Origin: Eledone cirrhosa
Lineage: Eukaryota
Assembly (NCBI GenBank): GCA_964016885.1
Contig: OZ024753.1
Coordinates: 44,950,001-45,014,000 of the forward strand
DNA: 64,000 nucleotides
Direction of reading: 5' to 3'
Shown here: positions 1 through 41,394 of the stretch, in pieces
How positions within the stretch are numbered: the first letter of the stretch is position 1
Layout: every line of letters starts with the position of its first letter
Translations under genes and position numbers: made by a program
The notes under the pieces: generated by a model
The model's database searches: none
What the model was told of the DNA's origin: nothing
What the model saw: only the letters and a program-made list of their open reading frames with translations

Positions 1-46
1 TCTAGGGTAGGTTGGTGAGATGTGGAAATATTTAGTATAAAGTGTG

Positions 47-898
47 GGTGAGATGTGGTGGAAATATTTAAGTCAAGGTATTGGTGAGATGTGGTGGAAA
101 TATTTAGGTCAAGGTATTGGTGAGATGTGGTGGAAATATTTAGGTCAAGGTATTGGTGAGATGCGGTGGAAATATTTAGGTCAAGGTATTGGTGAGATGT
201 GGTGGAACTATTTAGGTCAAGGTATTGGTGAGATGCGGTGGAAATATTTAGGTCAAGGTATTGGTGAGATGCGGTGGAACTATTTAGGTCAAGGTATTGG
301 TGAGATGTGGTGGAACTATTTAGGTCAAGGTATTGGTGAGATGTGGTGGAAATATTTAGGTCAAGGTATTGGTGAGATGTGGTGGAAATATTTAGGTCAA
401 GGTATTGGTGAGATGCGGTGGAAATATTTAGGTCAAGGTATTGGTGAGATGCGGTGGAAATATTTAAGTCAAGGTATTGGTGAGATGTGGTGGAAATATT
501 TAGGTCAAGGTATTGGTGAGATGTGGTGGAAATATTTAGGTCAAGGTATTGGTGAGATGTGGTGGAAATATTTAGGTCAAGGTATTGGTGAGATGCGGTG
601 GAAATATTTAGGTCAAGGTATTGGTGAGATGCGGTGGAACTATTTAGGTCAAGGTTTTGGTGAGATGCGGTGGAAATATTTAAGTCAAGGTATTGGTGAG
701 ATGTGGTGGAAATATTTAGGTCAAGGTATTGGTGAGATGCGGTGGAAATATTTAGGTCAAGGTATTGGTGAGATGTGGTGGAAATATTTAGGTCAAGGTA
801 TTGGTGAGATGTGGTGGAACTATTTAGGTCAAGGTATTGGTGAGATGCGGTGGAACTATTTAGGTCAAGGTATTGGTGAGATGTGGTGGAAATATTTG
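47..898. repeat. 36-bp minisatellite, ~24 copies
   Basis: Unit ggtgagatgtggtggaaatatttaggtcaaggtatt. Explains the GEMWWKYLGQGI pseudo-ORF. Confidence 0.97.
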
Positions 899-1807
899 GA
901 CCAAAGTAGATTACATTAAAAAGTTGAAGGAATGGAGTGGAAACAGGAAGAGGGATAGAATAGAAGCTAAGAAAGGAGATAAACAAGGAAGAGAGTATGA
1001 TATATATATATATTGGACATTCTCCCTAATTCTTGCTATTCTCATCCACCATATTTTTTCTCTCCGTCACATACATCTTCATTGTACAATATTGTTTGCT
1101 GTGCTGTTTTACATTTACTTTTGAATACATGCATACACACACACACATGTATATATATACATTTGTATATATATATGCACATACATACATTTATATATAT
1201 ATATATATATATATATAGCGAGAGATGAGGGGAGGGGGAGGAGGACTGAAGAAGGAAAAGAAAAGTTAGAAGATATGGCTAATGAAATAAAAAGAAAATA
1301 GGAAGGAAGAGGAAGAAGAAAATTAACGATACTAATTGGAAATGGAGAATGGAGAGGTGGGTGGGTGGTTGGTATGGTGAGGTGGGGTTGGCAGGGTGGG
1401 GGGTGGGGTGTCAGTGTGTGTGTGGTGGTGGGGGGGGGGGGGGCAGGCAAGGGGGGGGGGGGGGGTTAGCAGACAGGGTGATGTGGCAGGTTGGGGGGGG
1501 AATAACAACTAGAGTATATGTAATTCTAAATGAAGAGGATATATCAGTTCAAAGTGAGAAGAACTACAGGTATGATAAGATAAGTAGGGTGAGGGGGAGA
1601 GAGGAAGATAATGAGAGAAAGAAGAAGCGAGATATATATAGGGAGGGAGATATATATAGGGAGGGAGGGAGAGAGAGAGGGAGAGGGAGGGAGAGAGAGA
1701 GGGAGGGAGAGAGAGGGAGGGAGGGGAATATGTGAAGGAGAAATAACAAGTGGTTTAGAAGAAGTAATGTTATTAGATTAGAATGAAAGAGAGGGAAATA
1801 AAATCAG

Positions 1808-1930
<123 letters not shown>

Positions 1931-1958
1931 TATATACGCTGGATGTGTAATAGTAATA

Positions 1959-2257
1959 TACGTGAACGGCAAAGCATAAACGAACTAAGGAAAAAATTAG
2001 AAATAAGAGGGATCAGATGTTGTTTACTCGAGAGAAGGCTACGTTGGTATGGTCACGTGATGCGCATGAAGGACGATAGCTGTATAACAAAGTGCAGGGC
2101 AATAAAGATAGACGGTAGCCACGGAATAGGCAGACCCAGAAAAACCTGGGACGAGCTGATAAATTCCGACCTCACACACTTACACCTCACCAAGACAATG
2201 TCACTGGACCGAGACCTTTGGCGGTACTCAGTAATAGAGAAGACCCGCCTTACCTAA
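1959..2257 (+). mobile_element. RTE-clade LINE, 3' ORF fragment (5'-truncated)
   Basis: RRLRWYGHVMRM...GRPRKTW...DRDLWR are typical RTE/BovB-like C-terminal motifs. Confidence 0.9.
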
Positions 2258-2414
2258 ATACAAAGTAAAACCTACTACAGTCAGTAGGCGTCTCTAACAA
2301 AATACACCCCCGTCCCACCACCCCCACCCCATCCACACCGCCCCTTTCAATGTAAAGTTATGTTGGTGCCACAACATCCAGGCCGAAACAAATGAGATCG
2401 TGTAGGTGTCACGT

Positions 2415-2648
2415 CAAAAAAACACACAGTTCACGCTGTAATGTGGCCGTGTAGGCAACACGGTAAAAACCTCCCAGCCCCACACTGTAAATGTGGTTGG
2501 TGTTAGGAAGGGCATCCAACTGTAGAAAACCCGCCAGACAGTCCTATGCGAGCAAGATAACCACTCTTGCCTCAAGTGGGAAAACCCTCCGTCCAAACCC
2601 ATGCAAGCATGGAACACGGACGTTAAACGATGATGATGATGATGATGG
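2415..2648 (+). mobile_element. Short retroposon with RTE-like 3' tail and (GAT)n end
   Basis: ggtgttaggaagggcatcca..tgtagaaa...catgcaagcatggaa..ggacgttaaacgatgatgat. Related copies at 7585-7745 (-), 26985-27125 (+), 44115-44310 (-), 48105-48272 (+) and 62820-63000 (+). Confidence 0.75.
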
Positions 2649-3397
2649 TGATGATAGTGATGCTGTTACTGGTGATGTTGGTATTATTCATGGAGTAGCA
2701 GTATTAGTAGAAAGTGTTGGTCAACATGCTTTGCAGTATATAGTTACAACCCTTTATGTAATGGTGGTAATGGTGGTGGTGTCGTAGGCGGTGGTAATGG
2801 TGGTGGTGTCGTAGGTGGTGTTTGCAGTGGCATACTTGTTGTTGATGTAGGTGGTGGTGGTGGTGGTGGTGGTGGTGGTGGTGGAGTTGTAGGTGGTGGT
2901 GGTGGTGGTGGTGGTGGTGGTGGTGGAGTTGTAGGTGGTGGTGGTGGTGGTGGTGGTGGTGGTGGAGTTGTAGGTGGTGGTGGTGGTGGTGGTGGTGGTG
3001 GAGTTACTACCAACAGTAAATAGAAATGAAATTACTCTGCACCAAATTCAATAATCTAATCTTGATGTTGGCAATAATAATAATGGTGGTAGTGGTAGTA
3101 GTGGCTGTGGTGGTAGTGGTAGTAGTGGCGGTAGTGGTGGTGGTGGCGGTGGTGGTGGTGGTGATAGTGGTGGTGGTGGTAGTGGTAGTAGTGGCTGTGG
3201 TGGTAGTGGTAGTAGTGGCGGTAGTGGTGGTGGTGGCGGTGGTGGTGGTGGTAGTAGTGGCGGTGGTGGTAGTGGTGGTGGTGGTGGTGGTGGTAGCGGT
3301 GGCGGTAATGGTGGTGGTAGTAGTGGCTGTGGTGGTAGTGGTAGTGGTGGTGGACTGTGAGAGTGGCAGGGGCAATATTGGGATTTCTTTCATACAA

Positions 3398-4318
3398 ACA
3401 CACTAACAGCTACACATTAACAGCTACACACTAACAGCTTCACACTAACAGCTACACACTAACAGCTTCACACTAACAGCTTCACACTAACAGCTACACA
3501 TTAACAGCTTCACACTAACAGCTACACACTAACAGCTACACATTAACAGCTTCACACTAACAGCTACACACTAACAGCTACACACTAACAGCTACACACT
3601 AACAGCTTCACACTAACAGCTTCACACTAACAGCTACACACTAACAGCTTCACACTAACAGCTTCACACTAACAGCTACACATTAACAGCTTCACACTAA
3701 CAGCTACACACTAACAGCTACACATTAACAGCTTCACACTAACAGCTACACACTAACAGCTACACACTAACAGCTACACACTAACAGCTTCACACTAACA
3801 GCTTCACACTAACAGCTACACACTAACAGCTACACACTAACAGCTACACACTAACAGCTACACACTAACAGCTACACACTAACAACTACACACTAACAGC
3901 TACACACTAACAGCTACACACTAACAGCTACACACTAACAGCTACACACTAACAGCTACACACTAACAGCTACACACTAACAGCTACACGCTAACAGCTA
4001 CACGCTAACAGCTACACACTAACAGCTACACGCTAACAGCTACACGCTAACAGCTTCACACTAACAGCTACACACTAACAGCTACACACTAACAGCTACA
4101 CACTAACAGCTACACACTAACAGCTACACACTAACAGCTACACACTAACAGCTACACACTAACAGCTACACACTAACAGCTACACACTAACAGCTACACA
4201 CTAACAGCTACACACTAACAGCTACACACTAACAGCTACACACTAACAGCTACACACTAACAGCTACACACTAACAGCTACATACTAACAGCTACACACT
4301 AACAGCTACACACTAACA
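3398..4318. repeat. 14-bp minisatellite, ~65 copies
   Basis: Unit cacactaacagcta with minor variants. Confidence 0.97.
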
Positions 4319-4417
4319 AGACAGATAGTATAGGAGAGAGAGAGGGTCCTACTTTTATTTTTATCATAAAATATCAATTATGGTTTCTATCAGATAAGAA
4401 TTATATGTAAAAGTCTA

Positions 4418-4645
4418 AAGTCTGTCTCAAGTCCGGAGACTCATCAGGTCAGGTCTTATCCAGGCTTCCATTGCATGAAACAACACAATACAGGACATCC
4501 CACTGGACAGGTTGTCAGTCCATCACTGAGTTAAACCCCCGGCTATAGCTGGTACTCATTTTCTAGCTGTGTATACTGGAGCAATGTGAGATGAAGTGTT
4601 TTGCTCAAGAACACAACACACAACCCAGTCCAGGAATTGAACCTG
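4418..4645 (-). mobile_element. SINE copy retaining the central domain and 3' tail
   Basis: Minus strand: ttcaattcctggactggg..gtgttgtgttcttgagcaaaacactt...gatggactgacaacctgtccagtggg... Confidence 0.75.
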
Positions 4646-5181
4646 TTTGGTACAGTTTGTCACGGTACAAGACTATAATATGCTCAACAGACCATCTTTT
4701 GTTCAAACGTTCCATATTTAAAGAGTTTTCTATGGCTGGATTCCCTTCCTAACACCAACTCTTTTACAGAGTGTACTGGGTGTATTTTAATCTGGCTCTA
4801 GCAATAGAGAGACTGTCATATGCTTAGCTAGACTGAAGAGTACTCTCTACTCTATATCAACTCCTTTCAGTTGTCAACCACTTTACAGAGTGCACTGGGT
4901 GTATTTTAATCAGGCTCTAGCAATAGAGAGACTGTCATATGTTTGGCCAGACTAAAGAGTCCTCTCTACTCTCTCTCTCTCTCTATATATATATAGTAAA
5001 AGAAATCAAGATTACCTTTAAGAAAACTGACAAAAGTATAATAGGTATACACACATATATATATACATATACACACATATATATATATTTATATATATAT
5101 ATACATACATACACACACATGCACACATATTGAATAAAGCCAATATAAACTAAATGATTATGTATACCCATTTATCAAAGA

Positions 5182-5225
<44 letters not shown>

Positions 5226-5268
5226 CCATACACATACATAGAATAAATAAAAGCAATATAAAACTTAC

Positions 5269-33488
<28,220 letters not shown>

Positions 33489-34005
33489 TCTGGTATCATC
33501 TGAAGCAGCTAAGTGACCTGTAAGACAGAGAAATAAAACTCCAGAATAATGGCTTCATATTTAGGCACAAGGTCAGCAATTTGTGGGGAAAGGGAGAAAG
33601 TCGATTAAATCAACCCCAGTGCATGACTGGTACCATATGTTATTGCCCCCTCCCCCACTCCATAAAGATGAAAGGCAAATCTAACCATAACGAGATATTT
33701 GAAATCAATGTAACTATGCCACAAAGTATGGTATCTGACGCTCTACCGAACTATGCCACAAAGTATGGTGTCTGACGCTCTACCGAACTATGCCACAAAG
33801 TATGGTGTCTGACGCTCTACCGATACTGTCATGGCTTCACATTTAGGCACAAGGCCAACAATTTACAGGGAATTTATCAACCACCCACCAAAACAATGAA
33901 AGACAATATTAATTACTTTTATTTCAAGTTAGACTAGTTTTTCTAACTTGCATCATGTCCATTGCAATACATTCCAGAATGTTCCATATAAACTAAGGGG
34001 GCGGG

Positions 34006-34378
34006 ATCAAGTTGTTGACCTCCTTGTGGTGGACCCTGAAAGGGGGTCAAGTTGTTGACCTCCTTGTGGTGGACCCTGGAAAGGGGTCAAGTTGTTGACC
34101 TCCTTGTGGTGGACCCTGGAAAGGGGTCAAGTTGTTGAGCTCCTTGTGGTGGACCCTGGAAGGGGGTCAAGTTGTTGACCTCCTTGTGGTGGACCCTGGA
34201 AGGGGGTCAAGTTGTTGACCTCCTTGTGGTGGACCCTGGAAGGGGGTCAAGTTGTTGACCTCCTTGTGGTGGACCCTGGAAGGGGGTCAAGTCGTTGACC
34301 TCCTTGTGGTGGACCTTGGAAGGGGGTCAAGTTGTTGACCTTGTGGTGGACCTTGGAAGGGGGTCAAGTTGTTAACCC
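34006..34378. repeat. 40-bp GC-rich minisatellite, ~9 copies
   Basis: Unit ggggtcaagttgttgacctccttgtggtggaccctggaag. Confidence 0.96.
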
Positions 34379-34559
34379 TGGAAACTTGAATAGGGCCCAC
34401 GACAACCTCAGACAAAAACAGTCTCATACACAAGGAGAAGAAGAGATAATATATATGTGGGTAGTTAAATGTTGATGTTGATATCATTTATATGAAGCAT
34501 GATATATATTATTTCTATATACACACATTAATCCATATCCTGAGAGAGAGAGAGTTTAC

Positions 34560-34593
<34 letters not shown>

Positions 34594-35215
34594 ATGTATG
34601 TGTGTATATGTGTGTGAATGGGAAAGAGAGAGGTGAGTGGAATAGAGTGTGTATATATATATAAGCATGTGTGTGTAATGGAGTATATATATATATATAT
34701 ATATATGTATCCATGTGTGTGTGTAACGGAGTGTATATATATATATATATATGTATCCATGTGTGTGTGTAACGGAGTGTATATATATATATATATATAT
34801 ATGTATCCATGTGTGTGTGTGTAACGGAGTGTATATATATATGTGTGTGTGTGTATGTGTATGTGTGTGTATGTGTAGTTATTCCGGTTATTTAGTTAGA
34901 TTTAAATGGCGTTACATTAAAGTAGAGAGAGGAAGTGAGGCTTGAAGTAAGTTTTTCAACGCTTATTAACATCAAATGGTTTCTGTAGAGAGAGAGAGAG
35001 GTAGAGAGAGAGGGGGGTAGAGAGGTAGAGAGATTCTATATGGCTAAATATACAATAAAAAGAAGAAAAAGAAGCATCCCCAGTAAATCACAGTAGGTAG
35101 GTGAATGACATATGTTGTATATTTTATATTGTATATACAACATACACAGATGCTGTAACAGATTTATATAGTGTTATCTAGCTTACCTGGAACAAGGATA
35201 TATATATATATATAG

Positions 35216-35280
<65 letters not shown>

Positions 35281-35307
35281 CACACACACACACATATATA
35301 TATATAG

Positions 35308-35339
<32 letters not shown>

Positions 35340-35340
35340 G

Positions 35341-35387
<47 letters not shown>

Positions 35388-35389
<2 letters not shown>

Positions 35390-35573
35390 CGAAGGAAATA
35401 TGGTAAGGAACCAGGTGGACCATAACGCACCAAAGTACTCAATACTTAGGGTAGTAGAGTGGGTAATAGGAAAATGTATGACCCCAACGGCAGAGCTCAA
35501 GCCGTTTCGACAGCTATTTCTGGACTAGCCATCGAAACGGTTTGATCTCTGCCGTCGGGGTCATACATTTTCC

Positions 35574-35575
<2 letters not shown>
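35388..35575. mobile_element. Fold-back hairpin element, family B
   Basis: Same conserved segment (ccaggtggaccataacgcaccaaagtactcaatacttagggtagtagagtggg) plus an inverted repeat at 35467-35575, embedded in (TA)n. Confidence 0.6.
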
Positions 35576-35623
<48 letters not shown>

Positions 35624-35694
35624 TGTTGATACAAATGTACAGATTGTAGAGAGAAATAGCTGGCAAATCTCCCTCAAATCACACAAAAAACAGG

Positions 35695-35734
<40 letters not shown>

Positions 35735-36174
35735 CCTGGAAAGCTACTCGTGTGTTTTAATGATAAGGACCCCACCCCTATCATGTGGCTGTTACAGCTC
35801 ATATCTATGTAGGTTTAGCTGGCTTCTTCAAGGTTGTATCAGAGTCCCTAGTTCTATCATGGAAAGAAAAGTGAAAGGAAATGATTTGCTCTCATGACAC
35901 ACAACACACTGCCCAGTCCAGCAAACAAACCTGCAACCTTCAGACTGAGGATCTAACATCCTCGCTAACCACAAGGTGTAGGACAGAACAAAGGAGAGAC
36001 ACAAAATAAGGAAGCAGTCACTGAGGAGGTCACAGAATGTGTGATGAAAAAACTTTGACAATATATAAACAACCATCCGGTTATTGAACCAACCAACCGG
36101 AAATTTATAATAAATTGAAGTGAAAACCAACAAGTGCATGTGTTTTTATTGGCAGCATGACCCTCCCAAAGTAT

Positions 36175-36278
<104 letters not shown>

Positions 36279-37859
36279 ATAATGAAAAATGATGCGCTGA
36301 GATACAAAAACAATCAGTGTTATTAGGTTCACACTTTGGATGAGAGAGAAAATACACATACATACATACATACATACATACATAGAGTCACACATACATA
36401 CATGCACAGAGACACACATACACAAACACACACATACACACACATACACATTCACATGCACACACATGCACATACAGAGAGAGAGCAGAGTTATGGGTTA
36501 ACCCTTTAATTAGAACCTAAAGACAATATAACCCAATTGAGAACTGTGAGATCCAATTAAGACCTCCATGACCTTAATCCCTTCTTCCTCTCCCCCATCT
36601 CCCCCTCCTCTTTATATTAGGTTAAATGCTGCAATCATTATATTGGAGTTACAAGTCAACCATGATTAACCTCAATAATATTTCACACTCAATAAATAAC
36701 TCAAACACTGACTCTCACATCACTTTATTTACTCTGGAGACTGGAAAATGGAAGGACATTTTTAGCTCACCCCTAGCCAGGGTGTTGCTGGCCTCTAATG
36801 AGGCAGGATCTAATATGAGGTTTCTTGAGGGTTTTAATGACAGGGTCCTTAATCTTATATTGTTGTTACAGCTCACCCCTAGCCAGGGTGTTGCTGGCCT
36901 CTAATGAGGCTGTATCTCATATGATATTTCATGAAGGTTTTAATGACAGGGTCCTTAATTGTTGTAGTTCACATCAATGTAGGTTTAGCTGATCTTCTAC
37001 AGGGTTTCTCAGGTGTTTTAATGATAGGGGTCCTAGTCCTATCATGTTGTTACAGATGTGATGATGATATATATATATATATACTTACACACTCCTTCAT
37101 TTACTACAATAGTTATAGTGGTATTTTAAATAATTCACTATTTGGCAACTGTGCTAAAGATTCAGTTCTTTATTTTATATAAATTTGTTTTTATCTCGTT
37201 TAATATAAAACTTTCTCCAAACATTCCTTTAAGCTGACAAACCTGAAAATGGTTGTTTTTTATCATAAAATTACACTAAAAATAATGAAATGAGATAGTA
37301 GTTTGAGATAGAACATTAGAATCTAAATAAAAAATATATTCAACAAGATGAGAAAACTTTGTAATTAACAGATATTTCAGAGGTAAAAAATAAAATACTA
37401 TATATATATTTTTTTTTAAATCTTATGTTTAGATTGGAAAAAAATTAATGACATTCCCAAAACACAAAATTTTTATAAATTACAAGTCACCAATCCTGAT
37501 AAAAATATAAAAACTTGTTTAAAACATCTTTTTGTTTTGTTTTCTTTTGTTTTCCCAAGAAAATATGAAAATAGTCTTTTAGCAGAAGTTAGTCAGAATA
37601 TTCAGACTTTTGCCAAGACTGTTTATAGCAGAGAAGTATCATAGAATCTTGATTGTATCTTAACTGTAGTAGAACTGATAATATTTGTACTAATATTACA
37701 TAAGAATAGTCTTCTATTGTACTCAAGTAAACAATTCTTACATTAAAACAAAAAAATGGTTTATTTGTTGTTTTGTTTTCCTTTCTTTTGTGAAGTTAAA
37801 GAAATAAAAAAAATATAGAAAAATAGATTGAGATCATGGATGGTTTCAGAATCTGACAA

Positions 37860-38450
37860 TTTATTGACAGAATAAATTTATAGGAAAAGATTGACAGAAT
37901 ATATTTGTAGGTAAATGAGATTGACAGAATAAATTGATAGGAAACGATTGACAATGTATTTATAGGGAAACAAGATTGACAGAATAAATTGATAGGAAAC
38001 GATTGACAATGTATTTATAGGGAAACAAGATTGACAGAATAAATTGATAGGAAACGATTGACAATGTATTTATAGGGAAACAAGATTGACAGAATAAATT
38101 GATAGGAAACGATTGACAATGTATTTATAGGGAAACAAGATTGACAGAATAAATTGATAGGAAACGATTGACAATGTATTTATAGGGAAACAAGATTGAC
38201 AGAATAAATTGATAGGAAACAAACTTGACAGAATATATTTGTAGGTAAACAAACTTGACAGAATAAATTTGTGGGTAAAAGATTGACAGGATAAATTTGT
38301 ATTAAACGATTGACAATATACTTATAGGGAAACAAGGTTGACAAAATATATTTATAAGAAATGATAGACAATATATTTATAGGGAAACAAGGTTGACAGA
38401 ATAAATTTATAGGAAATGATTGATAAAATATATTCGTAGGGAAACAATTG
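37860..38450. repeat. 55-bp minisatellite built from ~27-bp subunits
   Basis: Unit gattgacagaataaattgataggaaacgattgacaatgtatttatagggaaacaa. Confidence 0.93.
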
Positions 38451-40399
38451 TTAAACCAAAACAACCGTAAAGTTATCTAATCATAACCTATCTTTAGTTC
38501 AGTAGCATTTTTATTATGGCAACAACAAACCTAGTTTTCTATGTACAAATGTTCTATGAGGTGAATTTAAACCCTTTTGTTACCATATTTCAGATGAAAA
38601 AAAGACAGTCTATTGTTTTCAAATAAATTTTGAAAAATAATCAATATTTTGGTGGAAGGATTTAGTAATATAACTTAATCATTATTTATCTTGTTTGGAA
38701 CTTAACTTTATACAGGTTCCTAGATAAAATTACGATAGACGATCTTTTAGATAAATATGAACATGTTAAAATAAGCAGCTCTCTATGATAAAATCAGGAG
38801 AAAGTTTCAGGTGGTTTGATATCAAAAGGATTAAGAAAATAAAGCAAAGAAAATTACAATGATAAAAAAATGATAAAATCTGACAAACCCTTGTGTGGCG
38901 CAGTGATGTCGACAAGTGTGCCATAACCAGGAAGGAAATTCTTAACAAGAAGTGTGGCGGTAACACAATTTTGATTTGTTCCAGGTGAAGCAGAATTAGT
39001 ATGGCACCCAGTCATATTGGTGAATCGTGATTTGAACCTTATTGGAAATCAGAAGTGTGAATGATCCGGGATTGGAAATCAGGGCTGCCAATATAGCTTT
39101 CTTTATCTCTCTCTCTCTCTCAGAGATCTAACTTTCACATGAAGAACATATGAACAGCTTAAGTTGTTAATAAACTATATATTATAGCAGTGGAAATGCC
39201 ATGCCCCATCACTATAAATAAATGAACAAGTCTGCTCATATCAGCTACTAGCAGCAAACCTCTCAGAGGGGCGAGTGAGAGGGGGGGGGGTGTTGAGTGA
39301 GAGGGGTGGTGAGCGAGAGGGGTGTGTGAGTGGGAGGGTGTGTGAGTGAGAGGGGGGAGTTGAGTGGGTGGGTGGGTGAGGGGGTGGTGAGTGAGGGGGT
39401 GGTGAGGGAGGGAGGTAGTGAGTGAGGGGTAGTTGAGTGAGAGAGGGGAGTTGAGTGAGAGAGGGTGGGTGAGTGAGGGTTACTTTTGGGACAAGTAAGA
39501 GAAAAACATAAGTTAACAAGGAAGATATGAAAAGATGAGTTATCTCATTGGCTGCACTCTAGCATCTGGTGAGTACCTTACCATACACACACACACACAC
39601 GCACATACCTTACCACACACTACATACACACACACACCTCACACTACATACACACATATCTTACCACACACATCACTACATATACACACATACCTTACCA
39701 CACACACAAACACACACACCTCACACTACACACACACATCCCACCAAATACACTATACACATCTCCTCCACATACACACATCCCATCACACACACACTAA
39801 ACAGCACATACTACACACACACACCACACACCACCCACCTATCTCCTCCGTTCCACCAACCACTTCACCTACAAACAACATCATTTACTGATATATCAGT
39901 AAGTTGTTAACAACCAACTGCACAACAGAAACAAGACAACAAAAATATAAGAAATATAATCTATATTATAATAAAAGAGCTGTCTGTCCGTCTGTCCGTT
40001 CGTTTGTCCATCTGTCTGTCTGTCCATCCGTCCGTCCGTCACACTCACTTTATATAGAGAGGGGGAGTGCCAAACGAGAGATGTGTACATAGAGAGAAAG
40101 AGAAAAGAAACGCCATTTGTTGAGAGAGAGAGAGACAGTGTGTGTGTGTGTGGGGTGGGTGTGGGTGTGACAGAAAGAGAGAGAAGACGACATCTCTCTC
40201 ATCTAGTAAATATAAGGTACACACCTACTATCAGAAAATTACAGGTAAAATTTCAGTAATTCTTCTAAAACTGTTTCATGTTTCTTAGGTTGTGTTATTG
40301 TTTAGTTTATCACAGAAACAACAACAAAACAACAACAACATTGTTTATATCAATTAACAATACAATTATCAAAGTACACTAATGATAAATTAGATTGAG

Positions 40400-41275
40400 A
40401 TGACCAAAGCTAACCTGGAACTCTGTGACTTAATTAAATTAGTACTTTACCTGGAGCTAATGTAATTATAACTAGATTGGTATGTAGTTCACCTGAGACT
40501 GTGTGACATAATTAGAAGTAGCAGCTCACCGGTAATACTGTGACATAATTAAATTAGTACTTTACTTGGAGCTAATGTAATTATAACTAGATTGGTTAAC
40601 AGCTCACCTGGAACTGTGACTTAATTAGATTGGTTAGTGGTTCACCTGGGACTGTAACACAATTAGAACTAACAGTCAACTTGTAACTCTGATTTAATTA
40701 GATTAGTACTCCACCTGGAGCTAACGTAATTATAATTAGCTTAACTGACAGCTCACCTGTAACTCTGTGACATAATTAGAATTAAATTAGTACTTAATCT
40801 TGGACTGTAACAATTATAATTAGTCACTCACCTGTAACATGGTGACATAATTAGAATTAATAGCTAACCTGGAACTATGTGACTTAATTAGAATCAAATT
40901 ATTAATTAACCTTGGACTGTGACATAGACTAGTACTTCACCCAGAGCTAATGTAATAATAATTAGATTAGTTAACAACTCACCTGGGACTTTGTGACATA
41001 ATTATAATTAGTCACTCACTTGTAACATTGACTTAATTAGAATTAAATTAGTAGTTAACCTTCAACTCTGTGACATAATTACAATTAGATTAGTTAGTAA
41101 CTCACCTGTAAATCTCTGACATAATTAGAATTAGTAGCTAACCTGGAACACTGTGACATAAGTAAATAAGTTAGTAGCGCAACTGTAACTCTGTGACATA
41201 AATAGAACTAAAATGGTACTTAACCTTGGACTCTGTGACATAATTAGAAGTAGATTTAGTAGCTTACCTGTAACT
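40400..41275. repeat. Degenerate ~37-40-bp tandem repeat
   Basis: Approximate consensus taattagattagtagctcacctgtaactctgtgaca. Confidence 0.85.
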
Positions 41276-41394
41276 GTTGTTTACATATACAATATCATAT
41301 GAAATCTACTACCTGTCACACACAGCTGCTGAAATGAGATTCCTAAACACACCTGTGTACTAACAATGATGGCAACTTTAACACCTATTGTTTA

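Noticed and set aside
44-919. 291-aa ORF with GEMWWKYLGQGI repeats
   Set aside because: It is the translation of a 36-bp minisatellite with a GTG start, antisense within an intron, and shows no recognisable homology.
4420-4452. Minus-strand CTGATGA-gtc-tccg-gac as a hammerhead
   Set aside because: A stem II-like hairpin is present but it is followed by TTGAGAC rather than GAAA, and it lies in a SINE tail.
34006-34378. CRISPR-like array with palindromic repeat
   Set aside because: Units are head-to-tail with no unique spacers, there are no cas genes, and the context is eukaryotic. The same applies to all other arrays in the window.
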